NCBI RefSeq assembly: GCF_009914755.1 | Contig: NC_060930.1 | Source of the DNA: the human T2T-CHM13v2.0 reference genome, Homo sapiens | DNA length: 64,000 nt | Strand: one strand, 5' to 3' | Part shown: piece after piece, positions 14,652-28,930 of the stretch | Numbering within the stretch: the stretch's first letter is position 1 | How the letters are laid out: each line of letters begins with the position of its first letter | Notes under the pieces: model-generated | Seen by the model: only the letters and a program-made list of their open reading frames with translations | Told to the model about the DNA's origin: nothing | Databases searched by the model: none | Made by a program: the position numbers and the translations under genes

Positions 14652-15989
14652 GTGAGTGACCCCTTCTTCCAACCCCCGCCCCAGGGCTCCCGGGGGAGCC
14701 TGAGTTGAGAGAACCCCCAAACTTTCCGGGAAAGTGCGCGAGGCTCCGCCGGGGACGCCGAGCGCTGGGTACTGAGGACGCGCAGCTGGACGGTGCGTGG
14801 GCGCCTGCGTCCCCGGGGGGCGCTTGGAGGCCGGGTGCCCCACGCCTGAGGGCCCGGGCCGCTCGGACCGCAGCGGTGCTCTCTGCCCTAGAAGACGTCC
14901 CCAAGCCCCAAGGGTCCCTTCCGAGCCTGCCTGTCCCTTCCGGGGTCGGCGCGGAGCCTGCGCGTAACGGAGTTCATCCAGCAGTCCAGCGCGCGGCTTC
15001 TACCTGCACCCCGCCTCCACCTGGCAGAGGCGCGAGCATCGGGGTCTCCCCCACATCTTTCTTATGACGTGTATTACTTTCTGATGACCCCCTAGATGGT
15101 CCAGGCGCGAGGATGCTGACCCAGAGTCCTTCGGAGGGTCACAGGCGCCTGGGCTTTCCCGGTGCCGGGTGCGTGTGTACTTTAAAGGCTCGCGTTCTAA
15201 TCTCCAGGCACTGATCGGGCTTTTCAACTGCGGCGATCCCACTTTAATAGTTTTTATGTGGCGTGGACTGAATGTCTCCTGCAGTTTGCCAGGGTCGGTG
15301 AAATTAGAGGCGCCTTGTCAGAGCAGTCGCGTTCATTGGCTCGAGTAGCGGGTGCCATGGAAGGCTTATAACTTCTCCAAAGGAAGGGACCTGGCTGGGT
15401 AGAGCAGGTTTTTCTCTCCTTCCAAGCCTGCTGGGTCTGGGGAGGCAGTGGAACTTGAAATGGCTCGGATTTTTAGCGTGGTGAAGCGAGGTTTGGAAGT
15501 AGACGTGTGTGTGCTTGTTTTACTCTGCGCCGCACAGCAACCCGAACTTTCGTTTGGTAGCACTTGAAAGAGTTTTCTCCCTTTGTTTGCGAGATTCTGA
15601 ACAGCTCGGAGCGATTAGGGAATTTGCGGACCGAGTCCGGTGGCAGAGCTGGGGCGAAAGCAGAGAGCGCAATTTAATTTTTGTCATCTCTTCCCTGCTT
15701 GGGAGGATAGTGTTTCCCTTCACCACCACCCCTCTTTCTCCTTCCTATGAAGACAACGGATTTGCGCCTGGGGTGAGAGTGTGTGCGGGAGAGTGGTGTG
15801 GAGACTGTCCTCTCTCACCGCGTCTCCTGCGCCTCTCCCCGCCATCCCGAGCGGGCCTAGAGAGTCATTCATGAATCTTAACCTGAGGGCAGGGGAGGAA
15901 GGTGCAGGTCCCTCTGCCCTTTCTGCCAAGGTGCAGAATAGCGCCCGGGCGTGTGTTTTGGTTCCAGAGCAGTTCCACGTGGAGCAACT

Positions 15990-15991
<2 letters not shown>

Positions 15992-16037
<46 letters not shown>
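15992..16037. repeat. (GT)23 microsatellite at the CpG island 3' edge
   Basis: Direct reading. Confidence 0.95.
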
Positions 16038-16038
<1 letters not shown>

Positions 16039-19000
16039 GTGTACTTGATCTGTGAGGAGGTAACAGGACTCTGGTGTTCAAACCCAGTGGGCCGTTGGCC
16101 ATTAGTTTGCTTTCCTGGCTGTCATTACAGACACTTCCAAAATCTGATACCTAAGAGAACCAACAGGTTAGGTTTCACATTAAGGGCTCATACTTAACAG
16201 TTTTCTTTCTCCCTTACCCCTTTTGGCTTGGCACCCTGGGATCAACGTAATTGTTGGAGCGAAATACACCTCCTGGAATATGGCATTTTGTTCCTCTTCT
16301 CATCTGTGGCCACTTTGTGAACCCTCGGGTGTTTGTCAGTTTCAGTGCGGGCTCCTGCGGGATTTAGGTGGGAGTCTTAGGAGCGTTTAACAACCGCGGG
16401 CTCCCCATCAGCAGCTTCTGAAGTTTCACTTACACGTAGGTGACTGACAGGATTGAAAGTTGACGATGGTTTTTTTGTTTGTTGCGTTGTTTTTGTTTTT
16501 AAAACCTTAGGGAAGGGATTGTACTTGAATTCCTTTCCCGGGTACGGTTTGGTTTTAAGCAGAATCAGTGCCTTTTTTTTTTTTTTTTTGTCTTTTAAAA
16601 TATTATTGGCAAGCTTAAACCTGAAGAACCAAAAACTAGAGGGGGTGGGGAGAGAATCCCCCCAAAAAATATTTGATACGTGATACGGAGCGTTTTAGGA
16701 GACTGCATTCAAAGACATTTGTGTATTTTTAAAAATAACATTATCCCAAGAAACAAAAAGCAGTAGTAACAAGAGACAGATTGTTTTGTGTGGAGCAAGA
16801 CTGCCAGAATCTGATTTTTATGGCAACAATATCGAAAGCAGACATAACTACACCCACATTTATTGTTATAAACCGTAAAAATAGTTTGTTCCACCTGATT
16901 AAAAGTTGTAAGTCATTCAAAGTTAAACCCGTATTTAGGAATGACTGTACAAGAATGTTAAAACCTTTGACAGCTACAGCTTTGAAAGCAACATAATTAG
17001 ATTTGTTGAAAATGTCTCCTTTCTCTGATTATTAGTGATATGTACTTGTCTTTCATAATAAGTAAAGGTCTACAATCAATATGGTTTTCAAAAGCCTGTT
17101 TTCCTTTGTAAATTTCCTGAAAATAGTATGTTTCAATATTTAAAGACCATTGTAACTACCGGTTGGTTCACAATTATAACTAAAATAAGATTTACTCAGT
17201 TGTTTTCTTTTTATTAGTATTTGTTGAATATTTGAAATTGAATTTCTCATTTCCAAAATAAAACGTCTCACATATATGTATGTACTCACAATTAACACTT
17301 CTTTTAAGTAGTAGGCTTAAGTTTTAAAATTTTTAAAATCTTAAGATTTGTATAAAAAGGAGTGATTGTATAAAAAGGAATAATAATTATTAATTGTTAA
17401 GAAAAATAGATGCTGAATTTCAGAGGGTTTCTAGAAGCTGGAGAAAAAAATTGCATAGAAGTTTCTTTTTTGACGGGTGACTGGCAGATGAGTTACTTGT
17501 CATTTTGCTATAATTTATTTTTTTTCTTTTAATAAGGCTCTTTGGGTTAAAAAAAAAAAAGGAAAAACAAGTACTCCATTTCTAAGAGTTTCCTTTTTAT
17601 TTATGTTGTACTTTGGGGTGTAAATAAATTTTACATAGCCACGGGAAATAGAGTATCCAATTTCATGTTTTCAGTCTCTGTTGCAAGCTCTAAATGACTG
17701 ATGTCGTGTCTAAAAATATATTTATATGGCTTGATATTTCATTTTAACATTTTATGCACTGGAATTAGATTTTTTAGGATTTTTAGAAAGATAGAATGAC
17801 AGAAAGACGATGACTATTGTTATAAAAAGTTAGAATGTTAGGAAGTTCACATTCTAACTTTCAAATAATCAAACTTATTTTGCCCCACAAAAACTCACAG
17901 TTTTTATACAGATTTCAAGAAGAGGGGTGATAATCTTTTTCACTACTTAGTTAAGTGTTAAGTAATTTAAGAATGCAAGTATGTATTATGCTTTCTCATT
18001 ATCATTTTTTTCTGTTAGGTAAATGCAAGAACACTGGACATTCTGTAAAAACAGGCCCCTCTTTATAAGGAGTTTATTCACCATAGTTCTGTATTGCAGC
18101 TGCTGATCATATTTCATGGAGCTGTTAAAGCACTTAAAACCTAAAATTAGGTACTGTCTGGTTGTAAATATTTCAGATCACTTATTTAAGAAATAAATAG
18201 AAAAGTGTGCTATCAAAAGTAGGAGACGTTTTGAATCCTCTCATTGAAGAGCTGAACAAACCTCTATCAAAACACCTTCTTCTTTTTTCAGTGAGAATAT
18301 AATCTTGACAGTTTCTTTTTCTAAATGGATATTATTCTTACATGTACTAAATGCTAAACTCTTATAACGTGCCTCCCTGTAGAGTATCTTAAACTAATTA
18401 TATTCAGAAATACAGTTGGGGGATTTTATTACAATGGTTACTAGGTGAAGGAAATCAACACCAGGGGAATGGGGTGGCATTGCAGTGTACCTGCTTCTCT
18501 CATGAATTTTTCCTGCTAAACTAAGAAATGACATGCTGTTTCAGGCATTTGCCCTGGAGATGGGTGAGATGCAATATGTGTAATGCTGCATCTTATAGTT
18601 AGATGTGTTTTAATGAAGGGGACACTGCATAGTCATTAAATCATTTTTGGAGCCAAACTTGGCGTCATTTAGCTTGAACTTAAGTGGAAGAAAATGAACA
18701 AGAGTTACACATTCAAAAGAAGTACAAGCAACTTTGATTGCTTTTAAGAGGTTTGAAGACTTTGTAAACATTACTGTCACTCAATATTGCTTGTGGAGCT
18801 GTACATTAATATATGCTTTGGTGATATGTCATTTTACGCTTGAAATTTGTCATTCTTAGTGTTTCTCCATCCATCTTTTTATTAGTAAAGAGATACTGAA
18901 AATGAACACTACTATTCTTACTCCCCTAACCCCTTTCACACCTCCAGAAAAAGAGATGAAACTGATTAATTTAAAATAGAAACCATTTTGTGTTATCAAA

Positions 19001-19649
19001 ACCACATTTATATAGTGATTTGAGACAGTTTCAGAGAGTGCACCTCTGAGTCTCACTGTAACCTTTTTTGTCATTGAAAGGTGCTAATTGATCTTAGGGT
19101 ACTGACACAATAGTATAGTTTGATATTTGAAACCTTTCAGAGTTGGTCTGGCCCTTTTCTTACCCTGAGATTTCAGTGCATGGATGATGAAGAAAGACAC
19201 CATTCTAAAATACCAGAAATTCTCATTTTTTTCCAATATGAAATGTTTTAATACAGTATGTTCATATTTTTAAAGCTTTTATTTACATACAGTAAGTAAA
19301 TTTATTTTAACGTACTTTTGGACAGTAGGAGAAAGACCTATATGTTCTATCGTGTTAGAATTTTTTAGTTTTTTTTTTTCTGCACAGGTAGTTTATTTAG
19401 GTTATAATTTTTAGGCAAAGTCTGATTCCTATTATCACATGAATATTTTCAAAGTGAAATTGCGTTAAACCAATGTGGAATAGCTTTTGTATCACCAAGG
19501 CATATATTAATGTAGATGTCAAATATGAGAGCATATTTTCTTGAGTATATTTATATCCTAAAGTGTATTTTTAAATAAAAGTGGTCACTGTAGTCTTTAG
19601 ATAATTACAATTTGGCTGTCATTATTACTATAATATTAATCACTATCAC

Positions 19650-19870
19650 CATCATAACATCATAGCTAGCATTTACTCAGGAATTTCGTGCAAAACACTG
19701 TTTTAAGCATTTATATGGATTAGCTAATTTTAATCTTCTTAACTATGCCGTAAATTAGGTACTTTTGTTATTCCTATTTTACAGATAAGGAAGCTGAGAC
19801 CCAGTCATGCAGCACAGTGGAGCCAGGATCCTAACTCCCCAGTATGAGGCCAGCACCCTTATCCTTAAGC
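19650..19870 (-). mobile_element. MIR
   Basis: ttattcctattttacagataaggaagctgagacccag. Confidence 0.7.
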
Positions 19871-22399
19871 GTGTGCTGGGCTCTTGCTTCCATCAGTCAT
19901 ATACCACCATTTTTAGGTGGTACCTGAACATTTCGTTTTAATAATACTTATATTTTATGTAAGGATAACTAGATATTAGAAAAATTTGTTAAATTTTGTA
20001 TTAAACCTGTAACTTCATGGGCAATATTGTTTGAGACAAGACCAAACAAAGTATTGAAGTCAAAGAAAAAAAATTAAGTATCTGAAGAAACGTATTAAGT
20101 AACAGTGAACAAGAATATGGCCTAAATAACCACAGTCATGAAGGCTGGACAGCAAATGACTGAATTTGGAGAAATGCTGTATTTTGTAATGTTTCCCAAT
20201 TATCAAGAACTTATGACCAGATCTTTTAAATATTTAACTAACATGTGGAATCTTCCTTTGCTCTTCAAGCCTTATCCAAATTGGTTAAATGTTATCAACT
20301 TTGTATTTTCTTTGTTTTTGTTTTTTGTTGTTTTAATGCTGGTTTTGAATCTCAAATCTGCACATTTATGTTGAACCAACTAATAAGGCTTGAAGAGTTA
20401 AAGAGTGCATGATGGACTTCTGGAGGCAGGTTTAAATTATAATGGAGCTGCCCATATTTTGGAAATACATTCAATTTATCTGGTTATCGCATGTGTAAGG
20501 TTTTCTGTAGGTAAATACTTTTGCTGTTAATAACCTGTTTTACAATTTTATAGTATTTTTCCACTGAAGCAGTGGTTTTCATTTTTTTATTTACTTATAT
20601 ACTCAGCCACGGATCCTTTCATTTAAATGGAAACTGATGATATGCCCAGTAGAGAAATGTGCCACTGCTCTAGGTGAAGCAGGATGTAGGTAGCCTGAGA
20701 ATGACTCACCAACAGTACCCTCTCACGGTGGCCGCCGCCTCTGGAGTTCTCTCTAAGTGTCTTCAATGTATGGAAACTGCTGCAAAAAAATTCAAGTCTT
20801 CTGACAAAAGGGGTTAATTCAGAGTACCTGCCCTAACATGTTCATGTGGCATCACTAAAAAACAGACTGTCAGATACGGTAAAATATCTCCCAGTGTGAC
20901 ATATCAGCAGAAAGGTGTGTCTACTCTCCCTTCTATAACTTGAGTATCCGTATTAACCAGTCTTCAAATTCGATTTAGCACTGAGAAAATTAAAACTGAT
21001 CAAAATGTTCCCTGTGTGTAGTTACAGGTCTGAATGAGGCACAAAGGACTTGTACCTGCAAAGGTTGACTTTATTAATTAGAACATCTTTCCTCCTTTAA
21101 AGACTGTAAGAAGAAACACCAGCAGTGGCCTAACTTGACATGACTTTAGATTTTCACGTAAATTATTGCTACTATTTCTGTTATCCTTTCCCCCTTTCTT
21201 TTTAAAATGAAAGGGACATTTCTTGTGAAAGACTACAATTAAATCATAAAAATTTACATTCATGTGCCATTAAGTTTAATTCTACTCACAAAAGCAACAG
21301 TACAGAGTTTGAAATTCTATCCCTAATCAAGTAGGTGTACCACATACCGGGAGGGCTCATTATGCACAAGGTCATATATACAATTCACAGACCTCTGCAT
21401 ATACCCAACGGAGTGATCTATTCATTACATTTCACCTCTGACTTTGAACTCCCTAATGTTAAAAGATTTGAAAAGAACCGAATGTTCTGATTAAGAGATT
21501 GAATATTTCTAACTTAATGTTTTCAGTATGTTGAAAGTGATGATGACTTGGGGGAATCAGCAGATCTCTACATTACCTAATTCTTTTCTCTTACATTTGA
21601 ATGCAAATGTATATTCACGTGCGGTTATGACTCAAGTCATTCTTGCTAAATTTAATGACGTTGTAGGTGAATCACATTCAGATTTCCTTTTGCAGGTTTT
21701 CCAGTAATCTAAAACAATGCTTCTAGTAGGTAACTTAAGCATGCAAACCTCAATAAACCTGTCAAGAACGGCAATTCTACTGTTTTATTTTGTTTTTTTT
21801 TTGTTTGTTTGTTTTTGCATTAACTTTAGTTGATAAGATGATGGTACTGTTATTTTTCTTAGTTGACTCATGAAGAATTTTAATTTAGGTCTAGTTTTTT
21901 CCCTTAATTGTTGACTTTAGTTTTTAAAGGTTTCATTCATGAAAATGGTTAGCAAAGTTGTGGGTACTTGGTAAATGCTTGTTAAATGCTTTTTCCTTAT
22001 CAGTGTTGCTGAAGACTTGCAAAATTAGAGTGGGATGGATAGATTTCTTTTCTACTCTGCATGGCTTTGAAGACTTTGGAGCTTTTATTGTATTCTTATA
22101 TTTTTACATACCATTCCCAGGAATATTTAGAGAGAGAATCATTGTAACCAAGGTCACAGGTCTAATCCTCAGGTATTCAAATTAGCTTTAGGTGGACAAT
22201 TGTCCTATACACACTTGTTCGTATTAATGTTGTCATAACAAATATAGTTATAATATCTTGATGCCTCTCCTGGGGGCCCATTCTGGACTGTGTTGAAGCT
22301 GTCTCTAACACTCTCTCACGTCCCTAAGATATTCAACCACATTTGTTCATGATTTTTATGAGGTCCCTCCTGGACTTAAAATTCCTTAAAAAATTTGCC

Positions 22400-22935
22400 T
22401 GCTGCCTATAGGGCAAATTCCAAAATTCTCTGCAGGGAAGATAACCCTTCATACTGAGAACCTTGCTCAGGTTGCTCTTCTCATCTCTCACTCCCCACTC
22501 ACAACAACTCTCTTTTCCAGCTGTATGGAAAACTGCAGTTCTCAAATACACCTTGGACATTTCCACTTCATTTCTTTGTGCGTGGAATGCTTTTTCTCTG
22601 GAAAACATCGCCCCTCTCCCCCTGCAAATATCTTTTCTACTGCTTTTTCAATACTTAAGGTGCAAAATGTTAGCTCCTCTGATAAGTTCCTCTGACCTCC
22701 AGAGTCTGAGTTGAACGTTTCTTTCTCGTTACTCCCAAAGCATCCAGCTTCTACATTTAACATAGCCCTTGCCACATTGAAATGTAATAGATTACATTAG
22801 TCTAAATCCTGCTTTAAGCTGAGAATTTACTGGAAGGATTAGCTGTATTTGTCATTTCTGTATCGCTAATGCACAGTGCACTGCTGGACATATAGTCAGT
22901 AGGTAGTTGTTATATTCCCATTGAATGAATGAGTA
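22400..22935. mobile_element. L2 3' region
   Basis: Ends gttgttatattcccattgaatgaatgag; L2-type pyrimidine-rich body. Confidence 0.6.
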
Positions 22936-23248
22936 GAGGTACTGGGAATGAGAGCAGAGATTGTGACACTGAACATCCCCTCCTTGAGACTGGGAACAGT
23001 GAGAAGGGCAGTGACTATTACAAGGTGGGACTACCTCAATAACAACCTCAGGGGGTTTTGGTATAAACCCAGTAGAATTGCAGCTGTGAATACAGGCTTA
23101 GGTTATATGTATGTATACGTGAATGTAGAAATGTGTTTATTTCTTACCACTGGGAAGTCAGCGATCTGGTGGATAAGCCAAGGATCCTGAAAATCTCTGG
23201 AGATACGGTAATTTCATAGTACTTGAAATCTGAGAGACTCAGTTCTTA

Positions 23249-23680
<432 letters not shown>

Positions 23681-24521
23681 TCAGTTTCTCATGTGTAACG
23701 GAACATGCCTCATGGGGTTCTGATGAGAATTCAATGAGTAAATGTATGTAAATATATTTAGAGTAGTGCTTGATATGAGTATCAGTTGTTATTACTATGA
23801 TTGGGTATCTTTCATTAGATTACCCCCAAATGTTCCAGAGATATTTAGAGCTGAAGGTCTTTTTTGGGGGGCTATGGATTGGTGACCATAAATGGAGTGT
23901 CCAGTAGTCCAAGTATAAATTAGATACTGTGGGTCATCTTGGCAAATCTGAGGTTGTATTTGGAGCCTTAAGAGAAGACACTATAGGTGCTCAACAGTTG
24001 GCATTGGCCATTTACGTTGTGCAGTAATATTTCTTTTAGTAAATATTTCCGCATACAGTAATCTAGATTGTTTTAGAGCTTTAATCTGTGTGGTTCCTTA
24101 ACTACTTTAAGCAATTATAAGCACGTTGTATAATGGTAGTACTTTATAGCCAATATTTAAGTTTCCTCAGTTGCTTTTTTTTCAGCCATAAGGTACCAAT
24201 TATGAGAATTTGTATAATTTTCAATAGTCAGTGGGCCTGATGAACTCAATGTAAACTTTTTAAAAGGTAGCTTTACATATTGCTATGATTCTTACCTTTA
24301 GAGAGACAGTAGGAGGTAATTAGTACCTCTACTTACAGAATTTATCACTTGGATTCAGATATAATGGCTATGTGGCAGGATGGGGCTGAAGGAAAAAGGA
24401 AAGTTAAAATATTAATTGCCAAGGTCTCATTTTTACAGCTTGTCTGGAACTGCTACCAGGTGTATCTGTATAGTTTTAAAAATGATAACGTTGTACCTGA
24501 ATTCTTCAGTATATTTAAATA

Positions 24522-24713
24522 AGAGTTTTTCAAGCTCTGGTTATTGACATTTTGGGCTGGATAATTTATTCAGGGGATACTGTCCTGTGCCTGGTAGGAT
24601 GCTTAGTGGCATCGCTGGATGCCAGGGACCCTCCCTCCCCTGGTAATGATGGTGTCTCCAGACATTGTCAGGTGATCTCTGGGAGCAAAATTGCCTCTTC
24701 TTGAGAACCCATA
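24522..24713 (-). mobile_element. MER20 (hAT-Charlie MITE)
   Basis: attgacattttgggctggataatt...tctccagacattg...gcaaaattgcc...tgagaaccc. Confidence 0.8.
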
Positions 24714-25857
24714 ACCTAAGCAGATCTTAATATCATTTGATATAGTCAAAAAACTCCCAGGGCTCTGCATAAGAGGATTGTTCTATTTCCAGTCAAGTGT
24801 GGAGAATCCTAATACCTTCCTCCCAAGTTTAAACATGAAGTCAAACAATTCTCATTAGTCTGTGTTGATAGATTAACTTTGCACAGAGGGGATTTACAGA
24901 TACGCTTCACACAGATTGACCATCTCCAGCATATTTTCCTTTTCTGGAAATAATATATGAGTGGGAGTAACAGAATACCTGAGAGAGAGTATGTAGGAAG
25001 TAAATATTTATTTGAATCATCTATGTGTCTTTTCTTCCAGTTATTTGTCAGTAGATAGTTTGGATTTATTTTTAAATAATGACCATTGCCTTTCCATTTC
25101 TGTGGGTAAATATTCAGTAATAAGAAACTTTTATTTTATTTAGTCTGTAGTGTTAGAAAAGGTAAAGTTACTGATAATCACAACTGCTGAAGATTAAAAT
25201 ACTTAGTGAGTTAAATTATTTGTTTGTAATGAGAAATTTTCAAAAGAATTATGTGTAGCTTTCAGTTGTAACCACAAGTTCAAGATCTTGAGTTAATAAC
25301 ATTTGTACAGCTAGAAGAAAGTAAAAATAAATATATTACATGTAAAAACTCTCTTTTGTGAATTCTCAGATCCAAACTTTTAAGTTCTCATTCTATGGGT
25401 TTGATGTTGACCAATACATTTTATCTATGAAATGATATATAATTGATGTAAGTAAATTTGACTGTTGTTTGGGCACCACCCTTACATAATTTAAGCATTT
25501 ATGAAACACATTTCAAAAATCACTTGAACAAAATGGGAACAATAATGTTCACATAAAGTGAGAGAGGATAACTTTTCCCATATGAGTTTTGGGTTGAATT
25601 TCAAAATTATTCTGAAATATGAAACATTAATATTATAAATATATGATTAGACTAATTTTCTTAAGAGTTCTAAACAGTAGATAATTTTTATCTTATTAGA
25701 AATTGCAAAGATACTTGAAATTCCACACTTATGCATTGTCTAATTTAGTGGTTGTACTTTAATTGTATTAGGTAGATAATCATGGAAGCAGTCAGACTAA
25801 CCTGGAGATTTCACATCATTTACTAATTGATGCCTAAGTAGGCAGGGTAGAGGTACT

Positions 25858-25862
<5 letters not shown>

Positions 25863-25909
<47 letters not shown>

Positions 25910-25931
25910 CACTCTCTCTCTCTCTCTCTCA
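25863..25931. repeat. Compound (CA)n(CT)n microsatellite
   Basis: Direct reading. Confidence 0.95.
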
Positions 25932-26529
25932 CTTCCTTTGATTTGTGCTTTAATTTTGAAATGTGTGCTTAGGTGGCAAAGGGCTGCAAATACAGCATAC
26001 TGTGTTTGACCAAAATATTTTTCTGTTTCCTAGGTGGAGAAGGACCCTGCATAGCTCCTTGTTAGCAGAGAGATAAAGTGGGTGCTGGGCAACCCAATGA
26101 CAGGTGGAGGCCGTTCTCGGGGAGTGTTGCGGAGAATTTGAGACAGGGGTTTAAATCACAGATAGTGGAGGAGAGTTCTGCTTCATTCATGGACAGGAAG
26201 TCCAAAGAAGGCACAGCGAACCACAGGTCCATCCAGGCACTTTATGCCAGATATTGAACGGGAAGCCTAGTAGCCCTTTAGTTACTGGAGAACGGCCAAA
26301 AACCCAGAGGTTCTATTTTTCCAAATGAGCACTTCCTGGGTTCATAAATCAAGGAACCCCACAGAGTATTCAAGTCACATATCTCCTTTCTCAGGTTGAT
26401 TCTTTGTATAGTGGGTCCTAATGTGGTAAGACTTACTTATGAACATTTTATTTCTTATAATGCCGTCAGTCACTTCCTTTTTTCTCCCTGGCATATTCTC
26501 ACCACCCTTATCCTCCATGGCCCCAACTC

Positions 26530-26850
26530 CCTTAACCTACTTGCCTAGTGCTCTTTTGCTGCCTACCTGGACAAAATAATAATAATAATAATAATCTACT
26601 CATCTTTCAAGGCTTAGCTCAAATGTCACCTCCTCTGTGAAGCCTTCCTTAAGGCTCAGGCAGAATTAGTTCTTTTCTCTGTGTAATACCATAGCACTTT
26701 TTTTGGACTGTTAATATAACAGCAGATTGTGTTGGGGCTCATTGTATGTGTCTGTCTTCTAGAGAGACTATGAACTCACAGAGGGGAGAGATCATATCTT
26801 TTTCCCTCCGTAACCTCAACACCTGGAGATGTTGATGGAAATTAAGTGAC
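26530..26850. mobile_element. L2 fragment
   Basis: ctcaaatgtcacctcctctgtgaagccttcc. Confidence 0.7.
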
Positions 26851-27849
26851 TGCACTATTCCATGCATATCTTTAAAGGGCATTAGGTCCCAAACCAGACA
26901 TCTGCAAAGGATGAATCCTGTTAACTTTTTGGAAAACTGGTTCTCTTTTGCTTGTGGTCATGAAAGCTGGTTTATTGGTTATTTTCTACTCCAACTTATT
27001 TAAAGCCTCATTTGTACCAAAGTATCACTGATTTTCTAGTGGAAAAACAGGTATGTCCGGCGTACATTGGTATTTTCAATAAACTGACATTTAAAAGACA
27101 GATTTCTCGTTGAGGTTTATGGTCTTCATAATTCTAGTTTTCTCCAGAAACAAACCTTGATCTCTTTGGTTGCCTTCTGCTAAGATCGATTTCATGTTAT
27201 TTTGAAGAATTTTTAACCCTCAGAATTATAGATTTCATTTGAGAGAAAGCATGTTCTGTATTTGTTTGTGTCAGTGTTTCAAAATGTGAGGACCAAAAAT
27301 CCCAGATGTATCTATTAAAAATATACGTGGCCTTTTGCTGAGGGAAATTACATCTGTTTTTTCAGGCACAATTGAGGAAGTAAAAAAATTTTGTTTAGTT
27401 TTTAGTGGTTTGTTTTTAGGCATTTTCCATACAAAGATGAGCAAGACCCTTCAAAAACCACCAATTTGCTTATTTAGGGGGGAAAGTCTTCCTATGTCCA
27501 GAAATAACATTAAATTAAGATTATTGTTTCCAATAGTTTCAAAAATTGTGGTTTTATTTTCTTGTATGAGTCATTTTTTAGCATAGTGCAGTACATGATT
27601 GCACTACATCATGACAAAGCATATTTGCTCTGTGTTTCAGTGGGTCACTTTATTTATCAGAGTCAGATGATCAGATCAGAAGAGAGATCTAGCCTAACCC
27701 TTCCATTTTGCAGATGAGATGTTGTATTATGTGACCTTAAGACCTTAAGTCATTTACTCAGAACAAAACAAAAAAAGAGAACTTCATGCTGGGGACACTT
27801 CATGCTCCCAACTCTACATCTTACCACTTTATTTTTATTTGTTTGTTTC

Positions 27850-28085
27850 TGATGAGGAGTTGAGAATGCTGGAATCAGACTACCTTTGTGTGTATCCAGG
27901 CTCTGCCACTCATCAGCGATGTGACTTTGGTCATGTAATTTTCTGAGTGGCTGTAAGCCATAGTTCCAGCATGTGTACATGGGGAATAATAACAGTACTC
28001 GCCTCATGGAGTTGTAAGGAATAATTGAATTCATGCAGGAAAGACATTTGGTTCAGTGCCTGGCCCACTATAAAAGCTCAGGTTA
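27850..28085 (+). mobile_element. MIR
   Basis: gctctgccactcatcagcgatgtgactttgg...ggggaataataacagtac. Confidence 0.75.
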
Positions 28086-28159
28086 TAGTTTGAATTGATA
28101 TCTTGGAATAAAATGCTGAGTGTATTTGATATTCAGAGAAGGAAATTCATGCTGCTAAA

Positions 28160-28930
28160 GCAAGTTTTTTTTTTTAATCTGTTACTTAAAAAATACAAAT
28201 AAGTCATACTTTGTATAACATATTAAAACAGAGATGATAGAGGTTACTTTTGAGAGGAATGACCAGAGGGAGCAAGAGAGAGGCTTTGGAATGCTGATTA
28301 TGTCTTTTATCTTGGTTTGGTTGCTGGTCATGTGAAAGTGTTTATTCAATAAAAATTCATCAGTGATCAACTTTTGATTTATGTATTTTATTTTACTGTG
28401 CATATGTTATACTTTCTTAAAAAGTTTTAAAAATACGGATATATTTAAAGTAAAAAGTGGATTTACTCATTCTTATTCTCTGCAAATCAGGATAAGTTGT
28501 TATACTTAGATGTGCATCTTTTCAGGCATTTTTTTTTCTATATATGTGTAAATGTAATAACTATGTGAGGATGTAATTTATTTTCATTTTACATTTTTAA
28601 CTCCAATAGGATCATTGATTTCCTTAAAACTTGCTTTTGATCTGCTGAATCTTGAATATTTTTCCACATCAGTACATATAGTTTTGGGTGCTTCTATTTA
28701 ATGTATGCAGATATTTCATAATTTCACTGTTCCCCTCTTGGTGTATGTTTACATTGCTTCCATATTTTTACTATTACTAAGTATGTTGCACTGATGATTT
28801 TTATGTCTCTTCGTACATCTGCCAAAAATATCTGTAGATAAAACTCTAGATGCAATATTAATAGATAAATATGTATGTGCATTTTCCATAGAAAATACCA
28901 AAATGCTTTTTAAAAAGATTTATGAATCTT
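28160..28930. mobile_element. Old L1M 3' fragments
   Basis: L1ME/MC-like 3'UTR motifs (tgtgcatatgttatacttc; attgcttccatatttttactattac). Confidence 0.5.

Larger units (their letters stand above)
13400..15950. promoter_or_regulatory. CpG island / EYA4 promoter
   Basis: Abrupt GC- and CpG-rich domain in AT-rich surroundings; GC boxes (GGGGCGGGG, CCCCGCCCC); E-boxes CACGTG near 13376 and 14278. Confidence 0.93.

Noticed and set aside
13487-15242. Long overlapping ORFs on both strands (up to 226 aa)
   Set aside because: Stop-poor GC-rich CpG island giving low-complexity R/G/P/A translations with no recognisable domain.
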